A stretch of DNA of 64,000 nucleotides, counting the filler, from Basidioascus undulatus (taxonomy: Eukaryota), in assembly GCA_000826855.1 (NCBI GenBank). It is 10 parts of 10 records of this genome, joined end to end, with 100 filler letters (N's around TTAATTAATTAA, not from the genome) between each part and the next. Parts side by side here need not be neighbours in the genome. Positions count along the whole stretch, not along the records: positions 1 to 4,229 come from JTLS01002203.1; positions 4,330 to 8,554 come from JTLS01002204.1; positions 8,655 to 12,878 come from JTLS01002205.1; 7 more parts are not named here. The stretch is one strand, 5' to 3'. The notes below the pieces were generated by a model. The model worked only from the letters and a program-made list of their open reading frames with translations. It did not search any database and was not told where the DNA came from. The position numbers and the translations under genes were made by a program. Position 1 is the stretch's first letter. Every line of letters begins with the position of its first letter. Below are positions 1 to 11,606 of the stretch, one piece after another.

Positions 1-524
1 CCCGCCTCAACAGCCGCTCCTTCCCCCGCCGCGATGGCGCACGCGTCCCCCACGCCCACACCCGCCACCACCGCCGGCGCCCCCACCCCGTCTACGTCCT
101 TAGCCACCCCCCAGCTCTCCAAGCCCGCTCCGCATCCCCCACACCTGCTCGACCCGCCCCAGCCGCCGCCCTACGCCTTCAACCCCACGACCACGCGCAT
201 CTCCTCCCTCGCGTCCACACGCTCGCCCCTCCCGCCAATCTCGGAGCAGGAGCAAAAGAAGGTCAAAGCGTTCATGCAGCGTGACGCAGCGTACCTGCAC
301 GTCCTCTCCGCGCAGCACCGCCGCTCCGCACGCGACAGGCAGGACGCGCTTGTCGTCGCCGGCCCGGGGGGGAGCAAGACGGTGAAACGCACGTGGTGGG
401 AGCGGCAGGACGACGAGCACCCGCTTGATCCGAGTCGGAAGCTCAAGATCAGGTACCCCGCCGAGAGGAGGAAGGAGGAGGATAAGAGTAGGAAGGCGAG
501 GACCGCCGCGCCGAAGCTGAGGCT
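1..524 (+). CDS. Probable internal exon of SWI/SNF subunit Snf5-like protein (partial; expected downstream SNF5 domain not seen)
   Basis: Translation ...EQKKVKAFMQRDAAYL...TWWERQ...KIRYPAERRKEEDKSRKARTAAPKLRL resembles, from memory, the segment just before the 'EQLVPIRL' SNF5 repeat in basidiomycete Snf5. Ends at a GTGAGT donor at 525. Confidence 0.45.
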
Positions 525-589
525 GTGAGTTGTTGGGTGGGAAGGGTTCGTGCGTTGCGGAGGAGAGGGGAGGGAGCTGAACGGCGGAG

Positions 590-1476
590 GAGCGGGGGCC
601 GGGCCGGGTTTTGGTTTGGGCTTGAAGTCGGAGGTGGTGGTTGTGGTGAAGGAGGTGGAATAAGGTGGGGGTGGGTGTTGAGTGTGGCGCAGGCTGTGAG
701 GGGGGTTGAGTATGGAATGAAGGAAGATAGAACGGGAGGAGAGGGAAGACGGACCTCTTCCAATGCCCGTAAAGCCAGCACCCCCTCGCCGCAACCCTCA
801 TCCCCCTCCTTAGCACCCAAATGCGCACATCGTCCTCCCCCGCAACCAGAACCAAAGCAACACCCCCCACCTCCAGCCCCACCCCCGCGCCCACGACCAC
901 GCGCGCGCCCCAAGAACGGGAACAGGAGCTGCAACCCCACGCCGCCAGCACGAGTGCAATGAGCACCAGCACCGCCGCAGCGGCGAGGAGCGCGAGTGCC
1001 GGCGAGTCGGGGAAGAGTGCGAGGGCTGGTACGTGCAGTGCGAGGTGCGCGAGGAGGAGGACGAGGATGGTTGGGCGCGGGAGGGCGGAGGAGCGGGGGA
1101 GGGGGAGGAAGGCGAGGGGCGGTAGGACAGGAGGGATGAGGGTGAGAGTCGCTGGAGGGGAACGGGCGTTAGAAGGAAGAGAGGGGAGGGGGGAGGAGGA
1201 CGCACAGAAGAGGGCGTGCCCTGCCCCCTCGACCGCGCGCAGGAAGACGACCTCCGCCCCCACTGCAAGCCCGAACACTGCTGCACCCTCGAGGGCGGCC
1301 GCCCACTTCCACACTGGGTGCGGGTGGGTGTGTGCGCGCAGGCGCAGGAGCAGGACGGCGAGTGTGAGGGCGAGGAGGAGCTCGAGCAGCGGGGGGAGGA
1401 GGAGGAGGAGTGCAGTTGAGGTGGTGAGGGCTGGGGAGGCGGGCAGGAGGAGGGTGGAGAGCGGGGAGGGAATCAT
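590..1476 (-). CDS. Hypothetical multi-pass membrane protein (spliced; 3' end uncertain)
   Basis: ATG at 1476 opens a frame with several long hydrophobic segments (LLLLLPPLLELLLALTLAVLLL; LALLAAAAVLVLIALVLAAW; VVVGAGVGLEVGGVALVLV). Two apparent introns: GTGCGT..CAG near 1205-1152 and GTCCGT..CAG near 754-695. Confidence 0.5.
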
Positions 1477-1911
1477 GGGAGGATAAAGGTCGAAAGTGAG
1501 CGAATAAAGAGTGTGAATTTGCAGAAAGTGAAAGAGCGTTAGTGAATGGAACGGTCAAAGGGGCGGGAGAGGAGAGGATGAGACTGCCCATGCTGTTTGC
1601 GAAACGTAAGCAGTCCGGGCGCCAGTAGGAGCGTGTGGGGCGAAGAAGATGAGACGAGGAGACGGGCGGTGCGAAACGGGGCTCGAAGACGCGGAGGGCT
1701 CGCGGGATGATCGACGGGCCGGGCGGCACGCGGTCTGCGGCGAGATTGGGGGGATGGAAGTGGAAGATCGGGAGCTGAGATCGCTGAGCGACGATAAAGT
1801 GGGTGTCGTGTCGATAGGAGGAATAAGGTGAGCGAGCGACCGAAAAAGTACGCAGTTCAAGCTCAGCGCCTGCGAGCCGCCCCACCCAATCCACGCAATC
1901 CATCCAAACCG

Positions 1912-1949
1912 CCAGCCCTCCAGCCCTCCAGCCCTCCAGCCCTCCAGCC
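1912..1949. repeat. (CCAGCCCT)n microsatellite, ~4.7 copies
   Basis: Direct reading; lies immediately 3' of the GPI11 stop codon. Confidence 0.85.
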
Positions 1950-3014
1950 TCACGCCCTCCTCCCACCCCGCTTGCTCCCCGCCTGCTTCCCCATCTCTGC
2001 AGCGCGCATCCACCGCTCGCCCCTCGACATCGTCGACGTCTTCCCCCCCGCCGCGGACCGGCCGACGCCCGGGCCGGCCTCGACGCCGGCGACGAGGACG
2101 CTCGGGAGCGCGGCGAGGGCGGAGAGGATGGTGGAGCCTATTAGGGGGGGGAGGGGGTAGGCCTGTGGGTTGGAGGGAGTAATGGGTGAGTTTGAGGGGT
2201 GGGGAGGGGAGAGGGAAGGAAGACGGACCTGCCACGGCCTGTCCCAGTCCAGCGCGAGCGGGATGATCCCCACCCAAGCGCCTAACACGGCACACACAGC
2301 GGGGTAGAGGACGTCGCGCTCCCTGACGCTCTTGGGGCTGTCGGACAGAAGAACGGACAGTCAATCAGTTGCTCGAGACGCTGGACGCTGCCATCTCGAA
2401 GTTGAGCCGTTGAACACGCACTTGAGCTCCAGAAATACCCTCCCCCAGTCAAACCGCCTTGCCTGGCTCGCGTTGCTCGCGTCCTGCCTGGGCACGCCGA
2501 GCGCAATGAGCGCGGGAAGGACGGTAAGGTTCGCGAGGTGCGCTGCGAGGGCGAGCGTCTCCAGCAGGCAGGAGGTGAGGGGCGCGCCGAGGAGGAGGGC
2601 GAGGGCGGCGAAGAGGGCCGTGAAGACGAGGTGGTACAGGGCGATTTCAGCGTATTCCTTTCGGGGTGAAAGTGTGAGATGAAACTGAGAGTGAGGGACG
2701 AGGAAAGGAAAGGAGGAGCGCACCTTCACGCCCTTCACGCCCCCCTCCAGCCCAGTCCGGCACTTGACGCCCCACCAGATCCCCACCGCCGCTGAGCCGA
2801 GTGCGACCCACGCGCTCGTCCAGAGCGGCGAGCGGACGAGGGGCTCGAGCCAGTCGGGCACGGGGCGGTCGAGGGAGGTGTAGGATGCGGGGGGGAGGAG
2901 AGCGGGGAGGGAGCGCGGGAGGTAGTAGAGCGTGAAGAGGAGGAGAAAGAGACGCGTAAAGTGCAGGGAGAGGTGCGTCGAGGACGGGTGGTACGCCTGC
3001 GGGGAGGGTGGCAT
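1950..3014 (-). CDS. GPI11: GPI-anchor biosynthesis protein Gpi11/PIG-F (spliced, ~4 exons)
   Basis: PIG-F signature GAWVGIIPLALDWDRPWQ|AYPLP, plus LLLGAPL and SLDRPVPDWLEPL motifs. ATG at 3014, TGA at 1950-1952. Confidence 0.9.
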
Positions 3015-3205
3015 GGTGAGATGGTGGGGGTTGTGAGAGGAGGGCAAGAGAGAAGACTGGGCGTCCACTTGGAGCCTTGGACAGGAGAAGGCAGCGTGAG
3101 TACGTAGGGCACATCGCGTCAGCGCAGATCTCTATCGCCTCGAGCTCGTTACTTGCCTTCTCCTCTCGCTCCCATCTACAATCTTCAACCTCAAAACCAA
3201 GCGCA

Positions 3206-4229
3206 ATGTCACCCGCTCTGGTACCGTCGCTCGGTTCCCGGATCCTCCTCCTCCATTCCCCCCAGACCAACCCCTACCCGATCCTCCAGCGTGCGTGCTT
3301 TCCTCTCACCTCCCTATCTTCTCATCGGCCACTCACGTACCCACAGGTCTATTCAACGCCGACTCCGAGCCCTTCGGCGCGCTCGTACCCTGGACCATCA
3401 GCAACAAATACTACTCTGCGGACGTGTGGTTCTGGGTTGTCGAGCAGGGGAAGGAGGATGCGCTGGACGAGGGGGTTGAGGGGGTCGGGGCGGTCGTGCT
3501 GCTTCTGGAGGGGGATGAGGAGGTGCGTTTGATTCAATCACCTTGTCTCTCTTCCCTTGTTTCAATGCGCATTGAAACTCTCCGATGTGCGAGCAGACTA
3601 TCCCCTCCCTCCCCGCTCTATCAACCGCCGAAGTCCTCCTCGCCGTCTCGCTCTTCCCCTCCCTCCCAGCCACCCTGCAAGACGCGCTTTTCGACACGGG
3701 GTTCGAGCTTGTTCAAGTACCCCGAAGCGCAACGCCCTCCGAGGCAGACGCCGAACCAGGCCGAGGTGCGTGTCTTTCCATTTCACTTTCAGCAATGGCA
3801 GGAAGCTCACGTTTCCCTTTCCGACGAACAGCGACCGACGGCCTCCCCCGCGTCCGCGACGCGCTACAGACGGTTCTCTGGCCCGACCTCACGCGGCACG
3901 CTCCCACCCGTGTCGCTCGGTCGGATACTCCAATCTCGCGTGGTGCTTCGCCGGACATCGACCCCGCGCACCGCATCCTCCTCCTCCACCAGTCTCCCCT
4001 TGATCCAGAACCGTTCCTCTCCCGTGCGTCGGATATTCCTCACCCCCCTTTCCCTATCCTACCTACGCGCTCCCGTTCTGATTTCCTTTCTCTTCTCGGG
4101 GAAAGCAGATTTCTCCCCCTCGCCCTCCCCATCCTCTTCTATCCGCCCCTGGCAAATCTCTAACAAATACTACACCGCCTCCGTGCACTTCCTCTCCGTC
4201 TCCCTCTCCCCCTCCCCCTCTCCCTCCAC
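3206..4229 (+). CDS. IRC6: Irc6/AAGAB (alpha/gamma-adaptin-binding p34) family protein with tandemly duplicated N-terminal domain; 3' partial
   Basis: Motifs PWTISNKYYSADV and GLPRVRDALQTVLWP typical of the family, followed in frame by a second RILLLH...PWQISNKYYTASV copy. GTGCGT..AG introns. Confidence 0.75.
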
Positions 4230-4329
4230 NNNNNNNNNNNNNNNNNNNNNNNNNNNNNNNNNNNNNNNNNNNNTTAATTAATTAANNNNNNNNNNNNNNN
4301 NNNNNNNNNNNNNNNNNNNNNNNNNNNNN
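4230..4329. other. Artificial contig spacer
   Basis: N44-TTAATTAATTAA-N44; stops in all six frames. Confidence 0.99.
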
Positions 4330-4366
4330 CGTCCCCCCCCTCCCCCACCAATCCCTTCCCTTGCAG

Positions 4367-5959
4367 TCGCCAGCTCAAACTTCACCCAACGCAGCTCGTC
4401 TGGTCCGCTCGTCTGTCTTACAACACTTTCCGGCGGGGCTTATTCTCGCTGTGCGTTCTCACAGCTGGGTATAGATCTAGGGGGTTAGAGTGGAGCTAAC
4501 AGGTTGGAACTTGCAGTTTCGACGAAGACTACAGGTGGGAGATCGTCCGCCGCAAGATCCCAAAGTGGCAGTTCAAAATCTTCAACCTGCTCTGTACGCC
4601 CTACCCCCCCTCTCCTCCTCCCCGGCCCCCTATCTCCCCCTTATCCCGCATTTTCTTGACATTTTCTGGTCGGACAGTCATCGCCCTCGCGCAGAACGTG
4701 CTGCTCCTCGCATCCGCCGTGCCTCTTCCCTTCCATCTTCTACCCTCCCCCATGTCCCCTTTCGCTTTCCCTGCAGCTTCTTACATCCTGAGCCCCGCAC
4801 ACAGCTACCAGCGTACTACCTCCACTCAGCCCTCACCCAGCCCTCCTCGGCGCACGCGCTTCGCCCGCTCTCAGTCGAGGACGGCGTCCTCGCAGCCCTG
4901 AGTTTGCTCAACATCGTACTGGAGTTTGTCGCTGACGGGTACGTCTTTCCACCTTCCACCTTCTTTCCATCCCTCCCTTTGCCCCTTCTTTCTTCTCCCC
5001 TTCCTCCCCTGTCCCTTCTCCCCTGCCTCTCCCGTTTCCCTCCTCCCCATCTCCTTCCTTCTCCTCCTCTTCTTACTCTTCTTCCTTTCCCCGTGTCGAA
5101 AGTTGCTGATAACCCCCCCGCTCTCCGCGCTCACAGCCAGCAATACGCCTACCAAACCTGGAAGCGCTCCGTGCGCGCGCACAGTCTCTCCCCGCGCGCC
5201 GAAGCGAACCGGAAGCGCGGGTTCGGGGTGCGCGGGCTGTGGGGGTGGTCGAGGCATCCTAACTGTGCGTCTTTCTTCCCCTTCTCCCTCCGTCTCCCTC
5301 CTCCCCCCTCTTCCTCTCCCTTGTCCCACCTTCTTTGCATTTTCGTCTCTTTGTCTGGTTGCGGGAACTGAGCAATGTGGCGGGGGCAACAGTTTTCTTC
5401 GAGCAACTCAACTGGTGGCTCTGGGCGCTATTCCCCTTCCTCGCTAGCTCGACCGTGGCGGCTGTCGCAAGCGCAGCAGCGAAGGAGCACACCTGGGCGG
5501 CGGCGCTCGCTGACCTGCGGGGACTACCGCTCTATGTGTTCCTCTCCCCCTTGTTGATGTCGGGGTTGTTCTTCGTGCATATTCCCTTCCTTTCCTCATA
5601 GTTCGACCCCATACCCGATTTTGTTTCGTCTGACACAACCCCTCCCCGTACAGGCCTCAACGACCTTCACTGAGTCCATCTCCGCATCCAAGTACCCCGC
5701 CTACACGGCGTACCAGAAGCGCGTCTCGATGTTCGTGCCCTTCCTGACGCCGCTGAAGGGCGTGTGGCTTGCCTTGCGCGGCGCGGGGGAGAAGGAGAGG
5801 GTGGAGAGGGAGGTCTGGGGCGTGGGGGAGAAGGGGGGGAAGGGTGGGATCAGGCAGGGGGATCGTGTGGGACTGTGGGTCAGGTGCAAGAGAAACGATC
5901 ATAGGTGGCTCGTTAATGAGGTCAAGGAGGCGGAGATACGCGTGTGGACGGACTGGTGA
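4367..5959 (+). CDS. DUF1295 family (steroid 5-alpha-reductase-like) membrane protein; 5' partial, spliced
   Basis: Exon peptides RLSYNTFRRGLF, DEDYRWEIVRRKIPKWQFKIFNL, IALAQNVLLL, EFVAD|SQQYAYQ, GLWGWSRHPN|FFEQLNWW, STTFTESISASKYPAYTAYQKRVSMFVP. Confidence 0.85.
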
Positions 5960-7866
5960 GTATGTGGTGCGCGCCGAGTATGCATTTGCCTCTGGGCTTG
6001 CCACTTCGCTTCGCATGAAGAGTTTGTCTTTGCTGAGAAAGTAACTCAACCGGATGTTTTCTACATTTGCCCGAGGATGTACTTTAGCAGTAGCTGGATG
6101 CGACGCCCGGATTAGGTATGCGATGTGCTGGACAACGATGTTTTCAAAGTCTCGACAGTATCGATCTGTCATTTCTCGCCCAAGGCACTCCACACTCACT
6201 GGCCAACTAAAACAAATGGCTATCGGGTTCCACACCGAGTGCCATGGGGCAAAGCTGTGCGATGAAATGCAACTAGACATCCCCCGGCCTTCCGAACTGC
6301 GCTGCGTCTCCCTTCCCCGGAAGACGCACAGCCTGCTCCTCCAGGTTCTGCAAGCGCGCTAAGGACCGGCTGCTGAAAGGTGAGGTGAAGTAGAAGACGT
6401 AGTAATGTAGTTCGAGAGGATAAGTAATAGGCAGGGATAAGCTGAAACAATGCAAAGAACGGTGACTTGCCCACCGCCTTCTTGAGCACCGTCACGAGCA
6501 GTTTCCTCAAGCGCTCTGGTGACGAACAAGCTGAGGAACATGTGATGGGCCCTAGCCAGATCGCGCTTGATGGCGACTACGACCGAGAGGCCGGCGAGGG
6601 AGAGGACGCTGCCCAAGCCGGAACTGCAGGCGTTTGTTGACCTGGGGGTGGACGTGCAGCCGGTGCTGCTGGCGAAGGCTCCCGGAAGTTGGAACGCTGC
6701 ACACGCACGAACGGGGCTGTAAACGTCCTCCCGACTGCAGTTGCAGTTATTGTTGCATCCCTGGTCTCTGGTTTGTGCCCGGCGCCGAACACCGAATACC
6801 GACGAGGGGTGGGCGCAACGATAGCGTGCAAATTTGCACGAAGAGCACGTTCACACGCAAGCCTAGCTTTGCAATCCTCGGCAATGAGGATGTTTCCAAC
6901 TCACATCACTTCATGAATACCTCTCCTGGACTCGCATGCAGCACCCGTTCTCGCGTTCGGGAGCGTGCTCCAAATGGTTGCGCACGGGTGAAGCAAAGTC
7001 AGGTCCAAGAGGCCGAATGCCAGGATCCCGGACCCACCCAGTCAGGCTACATGTGGCTCATAAAGTATCTTTTGACCGTTGCTACATGTTGCACATGGGC
7101 CTGAGGAAGGGGAAGGGCAAGTCCCGCAACAGTTGGCAACTGACATTCCGCGAAACGTCAGGGCGCGCGGGCGAACAGCAAAAGCTGAAATTGTCCCTTG
7201 TCTTCTCCCTTATCGTGCTCCCTTCGCCCTTCATCCTTCTTCACCGCATCGTCTTCCACCCTCCGCGCCAGAGTCTCGAGGAGCGATACGGCATGAGGAC
7301 GTACAATCGGTCGCGCTGCAAACGGCTAAGGGGAGATGGCAGGGGAGAGGGCAGAGAAACGCAGGGCGCGGCCGTGCGGTGCTAGTACCTTATCGCGGCC
7401 CGGCGAGGACTGTTGGGAGAGCCAGGTTGAGGAAAGGGGAACAAACGGGGCTGTAAGTAAGTTGAGAGGATACCGATCATTCGCGGTTGGTCAATGTGAA
7501 GGAGTCGATCATCTGGGCGGGCGGACTGGTGAGTGGCAGGGGTGGGTATGGAGCAAGCGTCTTACGCCCTCGTCGTGGTTCGTGAAGGCCATCTCATCTC
7601 GCCGCGTTACCAAGCCCATCAGCGGCGCTGGAGGAGATGCTTTATTTCAATGACACTCACACTCACCCTTTCGGTCGCAACCTCTGAACCTGACCCTGAC
7701 CCGGCACCGCGGCTCGAGAGGCGGGATCAGAGTCTGCTCGCGTCGCTGCTCTCCTCGAACTTTGCGAACCGCTCACGAGCGCTCATCATCGTCATGGGCG
7801 CATTCCGTGCTCATCATATTACCTTGAAACATTTACATCTCTTGCGCAGCGAGCTCTCTGGCCAGC

Positions 7867-8554
7867 ATGAACGGCCCGCGCTCACCGCGCTCACCGCGCT
7901 CGGCGCGCGTACCCGTCCCTCCGCTGTACCCTCTCCATCCACAGTCCGCACCCGCACCTGCTCCCGCACCCGCTCAGAACTCGATGCACACGAATCCATC
8001 GCAGATTCGCGACCCTGCAACGTCCGACCCTTCGCCGGCGCCCGCCCCAAATGCAGCACGCACCAACCCAACGCTTACCCGCGACCCCGCGACTTCTTCC
8101 CCTCCGCCCGTTCAGCCCCAGACGCCGACCCCGCCCCCCCCACCCCTGACAAATTACTCCTCGATCCCAGCCTCCGAGGTGCTCTCCACCTTCTCCTCCT
8201 CGCACAGCGCGTTCGCCTCCGCGCACGCGGCTTCCATGGCGTACATCGACGCGCTCGAGGCGGACCTCGCTGCGCTCGAGCTGGAGCTACGGAAGGTGCG
8301 CGAGGAGGAGCGGAAGCTCGTGAAGGAGAAGGACTGGAAGCTGGAGCTGCTGCGGACGGAGATGCGGGAGGTCCGCAAGCGACTAAGGAGGGAGGAAAGG
8401 GACAGTGGGCGCGCGCTGGAGAGGCTGCATGAGGAGAGTGTGCGGGTGAGGTGGGAGGAGGAGGCGAAGGCGATGGGGAAGCGGAGGGAGAAGGGGAAGG
8501 AGAGGGAGAGGGAGCAAGGGGAGGGGCAGGTCAGCCCGAAGGGGACAACACTCG
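7867..8554 (+). CDS. Hypothetical coiled-coil protein; 3' partial
   Basis: Open frame with a Pro-rich N-terminus then a heptad-like E/K/R/L segment (YIDALEADLAALELELRKVREEERKL...), GC-rich codon usage; runs into the spacer. Confidence 0.6.
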
Positions 8555-8654
8555 NNNNNNNNNNNNNNNNNNNNNNNNNNNNNNNNNNNNNNNNNNNNTT
8601 AATTAATTAANNNNNNNNNNNNNNNNNNNNNNNNNNNNNNNNNNNNNNNNNNNN
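8555..8654. other. Artificial contig spacer
   Basis: N44-TTAATTAATTAA-N44. Confidence 0.99.
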
Positions 8655-9179
8655 CCCTCCGCCCATTCCCCTTCCCCGTCTCCCTTTGATCCCCGGCCGG
8701 ACGGTGAAGCTGACTGTGTTGTTGGGAAAGGCGAAGGGTAATATGATTTTGAATTCTGGGAGATGGCTGGCTGCGGGATCGGTGTATGCTCGCCACACGA
8801 GACTGTCGGACAGTGTTCAGGTTTTCGGGGTCCACCACTGACTAACTTCCAATATGCCATTGGCATTCGATATGCGCATTTTCTTGCATCTCACACTGGT
8901 GCATATCTACCTCTGCTCCGGTTTCAGACCGAATCCGAGGTGCTTCTCAGCCGTTTCGTCTTTCACGCCGTTCGCGTCCGCTGCAGGCTAGTACCAGAAA
9001 ACTCGAACGCCACGATCGCAGGGTTCTGTACAAGTGCTATCGGAATTGTCGTGAGAAGATCTTTCACACACAGCAGCGACGGAATAGAATGTGTCCTCCG
9101 TCTGGGTCACTTGAGCTGTGCGCTACCGAGCCAGTGCAAGGGCTCTGGGCAGGTAGGGACGTAAGAAGTGCGTACTGTA

Positions 9180-10483
9180 GTCGGGTAATGGCAGGCTGCA
9201 GAAACCACGAAGTGGCGTTGACGGTCTGAGCAGACATTACGGACGTGTCAGACCTTAGGTAGGGCGAGGATTTTCTGAGCGTACTCACGCCGTCGAGACA
9301 CACGCGTCCAGCCTTTTCGGGGAAGAGTGTCAGGAAGGCCTCCCCAACGGCCGTCCTGCGATGCAAATTGGCTCAGCCTCAACCCCCTACCAAATGAAGA
9401 CTTACACACCTATACCTGTAGCTGTTTTCAGAGGGTTTTCTGTTAGACCCTCCAGTCCGAGCGTGATCGCAAGAATACAAACGTACCCGAAGTAATTGAC
9501 CTATTCCGTCTGTGCAGTGATCAAGTTGGAGACGTATACCAAGTCTCGCGCAGCGCATGCGGTGCCTGAGGGAATAATATAGGTAAACCCCTTGATAGTC
9601 AACTGCTGGGTGCAGGAGAGACGGCGCGCACCGATGTGTTTGCAAGCATCGCTAAAGCCGGCAGCGCAAGCTGCCTCGAGGGCTTTCAGAGCTTCGTCGA
9701 TAGCGTTGGCCTGACTGAACAGTTCGTCGACAAGGGCATCGTTCATCCCGAAAGATGGTCGCTCCAGGTGAACAGTTGGTCGGTAACGTAAACCGCGAGA
9801 GGATATGCTCGAGGAAGTCTACAGTTGCCAACAGCAGGACAGGGTCTTCAGCAGGCACAGGCAGACAATCCTGCTCAAATTTGAAAGCGCACCGGTGAAT
9901 GCATCATGGCCGTCGGAGCAGTGCAGTCTCGGACCGCTCCCATTCACTCCGCGCGGATCCCAGGAAACGAGGTCATAGGCGGCTCCCCAGTGCTCCCCTT
10001 AGGCGGCTCCATTCCCATAGATGCTCCAGACCGCTGCCTCCGGGACCTCCTGCGCAGACCACCAGCGGGGTCAGACTTTCTAGGACATTATAAACAGTAA
10101 AGATAGCAAACGCACCAGCATTGAAGAAGATGGACCCGAGGTACGGAACGGACGAGTTGGCGAGGTATCGGGTGACCTTGAGCGTGGTCTTGCCGTGCGG
10201 CGAGTCGGCGCTATAGTCGAGCGGGTCCTGTTGCTGGGAGGGTCCGCAGTGCCCAAAAGTGAGGTTCCTACTGTAGAATCCTGCTTACTTCGATGTTGGT
10301 GCACTCGATGTTGTCGCTACAGTGCGTCCACGGCACCCTTGCGACGAAGCTATAGAGCCAGAAAAGATTGTCAGCTCATGATGCTTGTTCATCAACCCTG
10401 TAAAAACACACTAATGGACCAGCTGCTACCGATGTGAGGGCCCCGGCGATGGCGAGAGCGGTAAGAAGTCGGGTGGGAGCCAT
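9180..10483 (-). pseudogene. Degenerate secreted TAP-like (tripeptidyl aminopeptidase-type) alpha/beta-hydrolase
   Basis: Signal peptide MAPTRLLTALAIAGALTSVAA, then WTHCSDNIECTNIE, PLDY, LGSIFFNAG|GPGGSG, YDLVSWDPRGV, ARDLVYVSNL, LFPEKAGRVCLDG. Frameshift between GPGGSG and YDLVSWDPRG; in-frame TAG before VNYFG. 3' limit approximate. Confidence 0.75.
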
Positions 10484-11606
10484 TACCGTTTCGGAGGGAT
10501 AGGTGGCGAAGGAAGGGATATGGATATGAAAGAGAGTAACTTCTGTATGAGGGGAAGTCGCCAGAAACGAGGGGTCTTCTTCATACGCTTCCATGTGCAG
10601 TCGGCTGAGCAAACGGGCTCGGACTTGTAAAAGCTTGCACAGCGATGTGGACAGCCGTCCGCGGCTTTACAGACGTCGTGGACAGCCTCTCAGTTTGAAG
10701 AAGCCGGAAGCTCAACTTCAACGAGGGGTCTCCATGTGTCATCATCAGAAAGCCGGAAAACGCTGTAAATGACCCAGGGTCAGTGATTCTTGCACAGCGC
10801 GCACTGCCCGCGTGCACGTTGGTGGCCGTGGCGCACGTTGCATCGCCCCGGAAGCCGCGCTCGTATGCCCTGCTGCTCGTACGCCGTGACGTATCTAAAT
10901 ATCTCGTGCTCACAGATTGCGGTGACTGCCAATGGTTGCGGATACATGTGGATGGCCAGTTGGCGCTCGGAAGACCGTGAGCATGCGAGCAGGCAAATGT
11001 TGCTGACCGTCCACATTCTCGCTATTGCTGCACGCTCCTCCATGCCACAGAAAAACCTGAATATACAAAATCCTGGCCAGAAAGGTTGCAGGTAGTGTTG
11101 ATACCTTGATGGATGAGTATGTTCATGCTTGAGATCTAGAACGGCTGAAACAGCCTCTTGCCCTTACCCGGTACAGCGATAACAGGCAAAGGGAAGAGGC
11201 ACTTGTGAATAAATTGAAGGAAAAGCCTTATACAGGGATTTTGTAAAACATCTCACTTTGTCATGCTCTATGCAGCCCAGCATGAAGGAGGTCAACAGAG
11301 AAGAACGTCCGGGGCAGCATGCCGGTGCGCAGGAGGCCGCACGCCGCCATTGTAAGACGCTGCAAGAAACAGAACCCCGGTCCGACGGACGCCCCGCTTC
11401 TCCGCACCCTGTCGATCCGCGGATTGCCCGGCCCCCCAGCCGAAACGTTCTTGTCTTCTTCGCTTTCTCGCACCGCTCCACCCTCTCGCGCTCTTGTATA
11501 TACCCTACCAGCCCACGTACCTTACGCTCACGACCCCATAGACGACCCCTCTCTCTCTCCACCGCCGCGAGCGAGGAGCGAGCACAGACAGAAGCCAGCA
11601 GCCAGG

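Noticed and set aside
821..1486. Arg-rich 221-aa plus-strand ORF
   Set aside because: Antisense to the membrane-protein gene; its composition follows from the G-rich strand.
4274..4285. TTAATTAATTAA palindrome recurring nine times as a biological site
   Set aside because: Always centred in N-runs of identical length; it is an artificial six-frame-stop linker.
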